Of a stretch of 32,000 bases of DNA, positions 24,341 to 32,000 are shown piece by piece. Source of the stretch: Gemmata obscuriglobus (lineage in GTDB: Bacteria; Planctomycetota; Planctomycetia; Gemmatales; Gemmataceae). A program made the translations under genes and the position numbers. The stretch lies in NCBI RefSeq assembly GCF_008065095.1, contig NZ_CP042911.1:3690001-3722000 (forward strand). The letters run 5' to 3'. Each line of letters opens with the position of its first letter. Within the stretch, counting starts at the first letter, position 1. The notes beneath the pieces were generated by a model. The model was not told the DNA's origin. It searched no databases and worked only from the letters and a program-made list of their open reading frames with translations.

Positions 24341-25360
24341 TCACCGGGCGGATTGATAGATCTGATCGAACAGCCCGCCCTCGGAGAAGAAGTCCGATTG
24401 GATCTTGTCCCACCCGCCAAGACCAGACGACGGCGCGGTGGCGCGGATCAAATCGATCGGCGGGAACCGGCCCGCGTGGCGAGTTGCCACGTCCGGGTTC
24501 CCGGGGCGAAAGAACGTTTCTGCGATCAACTCCTGGGCCGCGTTCGTGTAGAGGAACCGGAGGTACTCCTCGGCCGGGGCGCGAGTGCCTTTGCGGTCCG
24601 CGTTGGCGTCCACCAGCGCGACGTGCGGTTCGGCCCGGATGCTCACCTTCGGGTACACGATTTCGATTTCGTCCTTCAACTCCCGCTTCTCCAGCCACGC
24701 CTCGTTTTCCCAAGTGAGGTGAACGTCGCCGATGTTCTTGCGGGCGAACGTCACCGTGGCCCCGCGCGCGCCGGTGTCCAGCACCGGGACGCGCCGGTAC
24801 ATCTCCGTGATGAACTTCCGGGCGTCGCCGACCGATCCGCCGCCGTGCCGCACCGCGAGCCACGCGCCGAGCAGGTTGAGCTTGGCCCCGCCGCCGGTCT
24901 TGGGGTTGGCGGTGATGATCTTTACGCCGGGCTTATCAACCAGGTCGGTCCACTGTTCGATGCCGTGGGGGTTCCCCTTCCGCACGGTAAACACGATCGT
25001 TGAGTAGTACGGAAGCGCGTTGTTGGGGAGCCGCGATTCCCAGTTGTCGGCGATCAACTTTTTGGAGCGGATGTTGTTGATGTCGGCCCACATCGCCAGC
25101 GTAACAACGTCGGCGGGAATGCCGTCGATCACCGACCGCGCTTGACTGCCGGACCCGCCGTGCGACTGGCGCACCCGCACCCGCTTGCCGGTCTGCGCGG
25201 CGTAGTGTTCGGCGAACAGGCGGTTCATACGCCGATAGAGTTCACGGGTCGGGTCGTAAGACACGTTCAGCAATTCGAAGTCGTAACGGGAGCCCGTGCA
25301 GCCGCCACCGGCCGAGAGGGCGGCGGCCGATGCGGCAGTCAAGAACGTGCGGCGGTTCAT
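24341..25360 (-). CDS. sbp: Sulfate/thiosulfate ABC transporter periplasmic substrate-binding protein (Sbp/CysP family)
   Basis: Contains family-typical text (LLNVSYDPTRELY, QSHGGSGSQARSVIDGIPADVVTLA, YYSTIVFTVRKGNP, VKIITANPKTGGGAKLN, VLDTGARGAT, GDVHLTWENEA). The N-terminal NRRTFL is a twin-arginine-like signal. Confidence 0.9.
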   Translation of the reverse strand: MNRRTFLTAASAAALSAGGGCTGSRYDFELLNVSYDPTRELYRRMNRLFAEHYAAQTGKRVRVRQSHGGSGSQARSVIDGIPADVVTLAMWADINNIRSKKLIADNWESRLPNNALPYYSTIVFTVRKGNPHGIEQWTDLVDKPGVKIITANPKTGGGAKLNLLGAWLAVRHGGGSVGDARKFITEMYRRVPVLDTGARGATVTFARKNIGDVHLTWENEAWLEKRELKDEIEIVYPKVSIRAEPHVALVDANADRKGTRAPAEEYLRFLYTNAAQELIAETFFRPGNPDVATRHAGRFPPIDLIRATAPSSGLGGWDKIQSDFFSEGGLFDQIYQSAR

Positions 25361-25408
25361 GTCGTCGTGCCGGATGAGGACGGAATCCTCACTTAATCTA
25401 TGAACGTG

Positions 25409-26062
25409 CTAAGGCGGCGGACGTAACGATTCGACTTCGGGCAGGTCGGACAGCGTATTCAGCCCAAAGGCCTGAAGAAACTTCTTGGTGGTGCCGTAGA
25501 CCTGCGGGCGGCCCAGCGAGTCGTGGCGGCCGGCAATCCGGACAAGCCCCTTTTCCATGAGCTGCCGCACCACTTCACCGCACGCCACACCCCGCACCTT
25601 TTCCACTTCGGCGCGCATGATGGGCTGTTTGTAAGCGATCACCGCCAGGGTTTCGAGCGCGGCCGGGGAGAGCTTCAACTCGTGCCCCGTGCGTTTGAGC
25701 CTGGCGAGCCAGGTGTGGTAAACGGTGCGCGTGAGGAGTTGGTACCCGCCGGCGATCTCTTCGACCTGAAATGCAGACCCGTCGGCGTCGTAGAACTGTT
25801 GGAGCCGGGCCACGAGTTCGCGCGCCTCCGCCACACCGCGGAGCCCGACCACGTCGGCAAGTTTTCGTGCCGGGAGCGGTTCATCTGCCAGGAACAGAGC
25901 CGCTTCGAGCCGGGCGAGCTTCGCGTCCCGTGCGCGCGGGTGCGTGGCGGGGGCGGTGCGGTCTCCGCGCTCGCGCAGGGCGTGCGGGAGCACCACGTTA
26001 CCCGGGCGCTGTGCGTACGGCCGCACGCGCGCGGTACCGAACTTTTGGCGCAAGTGGTTCAC
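25409..26062 (-). CDS. scpB: Segregation and condensation protein B
   Basis: Contains ScpB text (LEAALFLADEPL, QVEEIAGGYQLLT, LSPAALETLAVIAYKQPIMRAEVEKVRGV, LVRIAGRHDSLGRPQVYGTTKKFLQAFGL). The start is uncertain. GTG 26062 has GGAGG 9 nt upstream and avoids the rare-codon stretch that overlaps the upstream gene. Longer alternatives are ATG 26167 and GTG 26188. Confidence 0.8.
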   Translation of the reverse strand: MNHLRQKFGTARVRPYAQRPGNVVLPHALRERGDRTAPATHPRARDAKLARLEAALFLADEPLPARKLADVVGLRGVAEARELVARLQQFYDADGSAFQVEEIAGGYQLLTRTVYHTWLARLKRTGHELKLSPAALETLAVIAYKQPIMRAEVEKVRGVACGEVVRQLMEKGLVRIAGRHDSLGRPQVYGTTKKFLQAFGLNTLSDLPEVESLRPPP

Positions 26063-26109
26063 AGCGCGGTCCCTCCGGGACTCCGCTATACCACTTATCA
26101 ACCGCCCGC

Positions 26110-27633
26110 TCAATGTGAGCGGCGGGTATAAAACGTGGCCGTCGGTGTTGACTTGATCGGTCGCCATTCGGGAGCGGCGCGGAACCACTCATCGAACGGC
26201 GTGCCGGTGCGAGTGAGCGCGAATTCGAACCGCCCGTAGCGGTCTTGCCAGTCGTTGACCGCGGCTCCGGGCGCTTCGGCCGCGTGGACGTAATTGACGA
26301 GCCACGGCCCGCCGGTCAACTCGCACCGGTCGTCCACGAACACCTTGTAACCCGGCGCGTGGTAGATCACAAACCCGCCGTAAATGTATTCCGAGTTGAA
26401 CAGCCGGTTCGGCTCACCCGCCCTCGGCTCGTACTCTTTGAGAGCGTCGAGCACATCAACCGGCCAAGCGTTCGGGTCGTGTGTCGCCCAACCCGAGCCG
26501 ATCAGCGGTACCGGCACACGCGCCACCTGAAGTCCGAGCGCCAGCGCCACCGCGAGCGCGGGCGCCCACACGTGCGCCCACCACGGGCGCGGCCGGGCGC
26601 TGCCGGGCTGGTACAGGTCGGGCCGCCGGGCGGCGAGCCACAGCGCCCAGCGCGTGTGCTTCCACATCGCCGTCACCGCGACCAGCGTGACGACGGCGAA
26701 CAGCGACACGTGCCGGCACCGGCTGAAACTGAGCGCGAGCCACACGAGCGGCAACAGCCACGACACGCGCAGGGCGCTACGCTTCACGCCGTACAGCACC
26801 AGCAGGTAAAGCAGCGCCAGTGCCAGCACGGGCCATGCGTAGGACGCGGTCACATCGAAGGGCCGGTGTTCCGCGATGATGTCGCGCAACTCGCCCGCAT
26901 TCATGATGACGAGCCAGGTCTTCACCATGTCGGTGCCGTACGGGTTGGCAAGCGTTGAGAGCCCGCACCCCACCGCGACGAGCAGCAACAAACCCGCGTC
27001 GCGCCAGCTCTTGATCGGGGCCGGGCGGCCGAGCTTCCACGCCAGCACCCAGCCCGCGAAAACGCTGCCGATCGTTCCGATTCCGCCGAGCACGCCGCCG
27101 TGAACGTTGGTCCAAACGGCGCAGAGTGGGATCAGCAAAAGCAGGCGCTTGAGTTTCGGCCGGCTCACGTCGGCCTCGGCGAGCGCGACCGCGACCGCCG
27201 CCATCGCCGCGAGCGTGAACAGGTGCGGGCGGACGTGGAAGTGCGAGCCGGCCGACGCGAGCGTCAGCGCCACGACGCCGGCAACGACGACGGGGTGGAG
27301 GCCCGTGCGCCACAGCCGAAGCGCGAGCCACGCGAACAAGGCCGCGAGCAGGGTCGCCGCGCCGAGGAGCTGCGCGTCGAACCCGCCGACCCGGTGGGCA
27401 CCGGCCATTGCGATCTCGCCGAGCCACTGGTACGGGACCCACCACTGCCCCGCGAACGTGAACGTGTACGGGTCCGCACGGACGAACCCGTCCTTCAGGA
27501 TGAGTTCGCCGGTGGTGGTGTGCCAGAACGTGCCCGGGTCGATGAAGAACCGCGAGCGCCCGGCCCCCAGGAGCAGCAGCCAGACGAGCAAAAACGCCAC
27601 GGCCCCGGGGCCGAACCAGCGCGGAAGGGTCAT
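26110..27633 (-). CDS. Polytopic membrane protein with C-terminal soluble domain (GT-C-like architecture; family not recognised)
   Basis: A 507-aa ORF with more than 10 hydrophobic segments and normal coding composition. ATG 27633 overlaps the upstream gene's stop in an ATGA junction. The C-terminal roughly 130 aa are hydrophilic. Confidence 0.75.
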   Translation of the reverse strand: MTLPRWFGPGAVAFLLVWLLLLGAGRSRFFIDPGTFWHTTTGELILKDGFVRADPYTFTFAGQWWVPYQWLGEIAMAGAHRVGGFDAQLLGAATLLAALFAWLALRLWRTGLHPVVVAGVVALTLASAGSHFHVRPHLFTLAAMAAVAVALAEADVSRPKLKRLLLLIPLCAVWTNVHGGVLGGIGTIGSVFAGWVLAWKLGRPAPIKSWRDAGLLLLVAVGCGLSTLANPYGTDMVKTWLVIMNAGELRDIIAEHRPFDVTASYAWPVLALALLYLLVLYGVKRSALRVSWLLPLVWLALSFSRCRHVSLFAVVTLVAVTAMWKHTRWALWLAARRPDLYQPGSARPRPWWAHVWAPALAVALALGLQVARVPVPLIGSGWATHDPNAWPVDVLDALKEYEPRAGEPNRLFNSEYIYGGFVIYHAPGYKVFVDDRCELTGGPWLVNYVHAAEAPGAAVNDWQDRYGRFEFALTRTGTPFDEWFRAAPEWRPIKSTPTATFYTRRSH

Positions 27634-28850
27634 GCCGGCACCGCGGCGGTGGGTGCCGGTTGCCGTTCAACCGGTCGCGGTCGGCGGGGGCGGAGCGAGT
27701 AAATGAGCAACACGGCGGGTGCCATCCAAAGGAACCAAAACGACCCGAGCTTGAACAGATTCATCACGAAACAGCCGGCGTTAACTGCTGCCAGCGCGAA
27801 CAGCGGATAAAAAACGCTACCCCTCTGTTCTACGGGAGCGAGTTGAGAAGGCAGGGACTTCGTGACCACCGCAAACACGGCCGGCAGCAGCAGCACCATA
27901 TCAAACGGCCACGCGCCGTATGGGGCTGTGCAAAACGATACCAACAATATTAACGGCAGTTCGGAGCCCCAGTCCCAGGCGCACCGCCGCTGCCATCGAT
28001 ACCATACGAACCACACTAGGCCGATCGCGACCGATACGAATTGCAGCCGGAAATGTTCCGACCCGAACGCCATTCGGAGCACCGTTCCCAGCGTCGGCGA
28101 GAGCCACTGCGACGGCGGGCGGTTCGCCATCGCGTCGGCATACTGATGCCAGACGTGCGGGTTGAACGCGAGCGGGACCGCCGCACACGCCGCTCCGGCC
28201 ACCGCACCGCCGACGAGCACCCGCCAGCGCCCGCGCACGACCCCGTCTACCGCGAGCCCGACCCATAACAGGTACGCGAGGTGTGGTTTGATCGCCACCA
28301 GCACCGTTGCGGCGCCCGCAAGATACTCCCAGCGACGGTCCGCGTGCGCGCGGCGCTCGCACTCGGCGAACAGCACCGCGCCGAGCAGTAAGAGCGGACT
28401 GATTTGACCGCTCGACAGAGCCAGCACGGTCGGCATGGACGTGAATGTCACCGCCCAACTGACCCAGCGCAGGCTCCGCGCGCCACCGAGCCTGACCCAC
28501 AGGCGGTCGGCGCAGAACCCCAGGGAGGCAAATTGAACCAGCGCCCACAGCAACTGGGCGTCGCGCGCGGGCAGCAACCCGAGCGGCAGCACCGCGGGCA
28601 GCGCCCACGGCGGGTTCCACATCATGATCGGGTGTGGCGTGTGCCGACCGGCACTTTGCTGGAGCGGAAGCAAGAGGTTGCCGTCAAACGGGTTCTGGCC
28701 ACTCAGCGCGAGCGTCGCGGCGGCCCAGTATTCCACGAAATCATCCGGCGGCCACACTGTCGGGTCGGCAAGTAGTTGTCGCACCTGACCCGCCAGCAGC
28801 GCGCCGACAGCCACGAGGCCGACGATCGAGAGCAGGTTGCGCGAACTCAT
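27630..28850 (-). CDS. DUF2029 / GT87-like polytopic membrane glycosyltransferase (putative)
   Basis: DDFVEYWAAATLALSGQNPF, MMWNPPWALP, SSGQISPLLLLGAVL and VAIKPHLAYLL fit the DUF2029 pattern. ATG 28850 is preferred because the 34 upstream codons (to 28952) are rich in A/T-ending rare codons. Confidence 0.65.
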   Translation of the reverse strand: MSSRNLLSIVGLVAVGALLAGQVRQLLADPTVWPPDDFVEYWAAATLALSGQNPFDGNLLLPLQQSAGRHTPHPIMMWNPPWALPAVLPLGLLPARDAQLLWALVQFASLGFCADRLWVRLGGARSLRWVSWAVTFTSMPTVLALSSGQISPLLLLGAVLFAECERRAHADRRWEYLAGAATVLVAIKPHLAYLLWVGLAVDGVVRGRWRVLVGGAVAGAACAAVPLAFNPHVWHQYADAMANRPPSQWLSPTLGTVLRMAFGSEHFRLQFVSVAIGLVWFVWYRWQRRCAWDWGSELPLILLVSFCTAPYGAWPFDMVLLLPAVFAVVTKSLPSQLAPVEQRGSVFYPLFALAAVNAGCFVMNLFKLGSFWFLWMAPAVLLIYSLRPRRPRPVERQPAPTAAVPA

Positions 28851-29050
28851 GCGCCAGCTTAGAACGTATTTCGTTTCGGGGACGATCCTGTACGACCGAC
28901 GTATCCGAGCCACTCCTCCAACCCCAACCCAGTCCCGGAATTTGCTAATCACCTCCGAAGATCACGCGAGAAGGTTATCGGTAACGTTGATGACGGCGCA
29001 ATCTCAGACCAATTACGGAAGACCGCATGTCCTGGTGCGGTGTCCTCCGC

Positions 29051-29069
29051 GTGACCAATTTCTGGTCAC
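29051..29069. promoter_or_regulatory. Palindrome GTGACCA-N5-TGGTCAC in the divergent otsA / GT87-like intergenic region
   Basis: A perfect 7-bp inverted repeat read directly from the sequence, in a lower-GC intergenic region. Function unknown. Confidence 0.25.
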
Positions 29070-29387
29070 GGCATCGCGTTCTGTCCAATCGTGGTTCGTT
29101 AAGCCTGTGCGTCACATCACATCAATTCGTCGTTCATGCGGTGCGCATAGTAATTACAATAACTCCTTATTCCCAAGTTGTTTGCGTCGTCTGTAAGGGA
29201 GCTAATTAGGGACTCGGAGCAGACGTTTTGGCCTCCGGCATCGGGATTGCCTTATGTGCCGCCGCAACAGCGGTGCCTGGGTTACCGCATGTATGGCAGA
29301 CCGACGCCGGCCGGTCGCAGTCCTCGACTGTGACGGGTCGCGAGTTCGAGGGCTGCAGTCCAACTTCCCGTCATGAGGTGACAACCC

Positions 29388-30983
<1,596 letters not shown>

Positions 30984-31059
30984 ACTCCTCCGGTCGGTCA
31001 CGATTCGCGGCGCCGGCGGACCCCGCCGCGCCGCTCTGCTCCCGGTGGTGAGGGACCGC

Positions 31060-31896
31060 ATGAGTGACGGAGATAACTGGGTCGACCACGCCGTGCTCGA
31101 ATTCCACTCGGGACGGCCGCTGACCTTATTGTTCGACTACGACGGTACGCTCGCGCCCATCGTCCCGCACCCCGCACTGGCGATCCTCGCGCCGCAGGTT
31201 CGCGCCCGGCTGCGCCGGCTCGCCCGAGCCCCCGGGGTGGCGGTCGGCGTGATCAGCGGGCGGGCGCTGGCCGACGTGCGCGACATGGTCGGTATCGACG
31301 ACTTGTACTTTGGCGGCAGCGGCGGGGCGGAATTGGACCTCTGTGGGGTAACAGAGGTCGAGCCGATACCGGCGGACGCCCAGCGCCAACTGACGGCCGC
31401 CGTTTCCGACTTGCGGGCCGCACTCGCCGGGTTCCACGGCGTCTGGCTCGAGCCCAAGCCGGTCGGGTTCGCGGTCCACTACCGGGCGACCCCGGAGCCC
31501 ACCGCAACCGCGTTCCACGCGTTCTTCAGCCGGTGGCACACCCAGTTCCCCGCGCTCCGAGTGCTGGACGTGTGCAAATCCTACGAAGTGGGGCTACGGG
31601 ACGGGTGGGACAAGGGGGATGCGGTGCGGCGCGTCCTGGCCGAACAGCCCGCGCACACGTTCGCAGCTTACTTCGGTGATTCGGAGAACGACCGCCCGGC
31701 GATGGCCGCGGTCGTTGCTGCCGACGGTGTGAGCGTCGGCGTCGGTCCGGAAGCGCCTGCTGGAACGAGGTACACGCTGCCCACGCCGGCCCGGCTGCAC
31801 ACCGACCTCGCGCGCCTGTGCGGCGCGCTGAACCTGTTCGACCGCGGCACCCACTCGGCAGGCGGAGCGGAGGCGACCCGTGACCACCTTGTATGA
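31060..31896 (+). CDS. otsB: Trehalose-6-phosphate phosphatase (HAD superfamily)
   Basis: From ATG 31060. Carries HAD motif I (LLFDYDGTLAPIV), later SGR, and GDSENDRPAM (motif IV-like). It directly follows otsA. The longest ORF start (30862) lies inside otsA. Confidence 0.85.
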   Translation: MSDGDNWVDHAVLEFHSGRPLTLLFDYDGTLAPIVPHPALAILAPQVRARLRRLARAPGVAVGVISGRALADVRDMVGIDDLYFGGSGGAELDLCGVTEVEPIPADAQRQLTAAVSDLRAALAGFHGVWLEPKPVGFAVHYRATPEPTATAFHAFFSRWHTQFPALRVLDVCKSYEVGLRDGWDKGDAVRRVLAEQPAHTFAAYFGDSENDRPAMAAVVAADGVSVGVGPEAPAGTRYTLPTPARLHTDLARLCGALNLFDRGTHSAGGAEATRDHLV

Positions 31897-32000
31897 CGCG
31901 GGCCGCCCCCAGGAGCGGCGGCCCGGTGTTCTGCTGATCGACCCGGACCCGACCGCCCGGGCTAGCCTGGCCCGCGGGCTCGAGGGCGCCGGCTGGCACG
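31880..32000 (+). CDS. Probable response-regulator receiver domain protein (N-terminal fragment; continues beyond the window)
   Basis: An open frame from GTG 31880 (or TTG 31889) reads TTLYDAGRPQERRPGVLLIDPDPTARASLARGLEGAGWH. VLLIDPDP...L...L is typical of the receiver beta1-alpha1 region. It overlaps the otsB stop by 17 nt. Only about 40 codons are visible. Confidence 0.4.
   Translation, partial: MTTLYDAGRPQERRPGVLLIDPDPTARASLARGLEGAGWH

Noticed and set aside
27700-28000. Patch of A/T-ending codons (tta ata ttg ttg gta tcg ttt...) near the 3' end of the GT87-like gene, considered as a possible frameshift or pseudogene.
   Set aside because: The frame stays open, the text remains hydrophobic and TM-like, and the gene ends in a clean ATGA junction with the next gene. 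There is no evidence of disruption.
29335-29361. tRNA/tmRNA-like T-loop string gggtcgcgagttcgagggctgcagtcc upstream of otsA.
   Set aside because: The flanking bases do not form a 5-bp T-stem, and no acceptor, D or anticodon arms can be drawn. It is a chance GTTCGAG match.
28953-29384. Small ORFs in the lower-GC intergenic region (28837..29196+, 29027..29209+, 29202..29384-).
   Set aside because: Their composition is odd (Cys/Arg/Ser-rich), they mutually overlap, and they lack plausible ribosome-binding context. I keep the region as non-coding and regulatory.

Overview
Very GC-rich chromosomal segment. No database or HMM searches were possible, so all family calls rest on motifs read from the translations. 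The gene content suggests a Planctomycetota, Gemmataceae-like genome (inference): a TIGR02996-type N-terminus fused to RNI-like leucine-rich repeats, a Pirellula/Verrucomicrobium-type heme-binding dehydrogenase, oversized NuoL/NuoM, and many Arg/Ala/Pro-rich shadow ORFs. I support about 20 real genes, mostly on the minus strand. (1) A giant ORF missing from the supplied track, minus strand 5788 to beyond position 1, at least 1929 codons, with an N-terminal zinc ribbon and a huge hydrophobic body. (2) A TIM-barrel sugar-phosphate/hydroxypyruvate isomerase-like gene. (3) A split complex I membrane-arm cluster: nuoH, then a YfhO-like membrane protein, then an opposite-strand LRR gene, then nuoJ-K-L-M. 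No nuoI or nuoN is present in the window. (4) An SDR reductase. (5) A NYN + LOTUS/OST-HTH protein with a long Pro/Ala/Lys tail. (6) A large heme-binding (CxxCH) dehydrogenase. (7) tRNA-Leu(UAA) and a small lysine-rich protein. (8) A sulfate-binding protein, scpB and two polytopic membrane proteins (one DUF2029/GT87-like) in one minus-strand string. (9) otsA-otsB followed by the start of a probable response regulator. Nearly every sizeable intergenic gap holds a long palindromic (REP/MITE-like) element. One palindrome family appears to have decayed copies inside coding sequence (nuoL, and the 5' end of the YfhO-like gene). I found no transposase, integrase, CRISPR array, toxin-antitoxin pair or recognisable defence genes. 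The most unusual items are the giant zinc-ribbon membrane protein, the interrupted nuo cluster and the palindromic elements.
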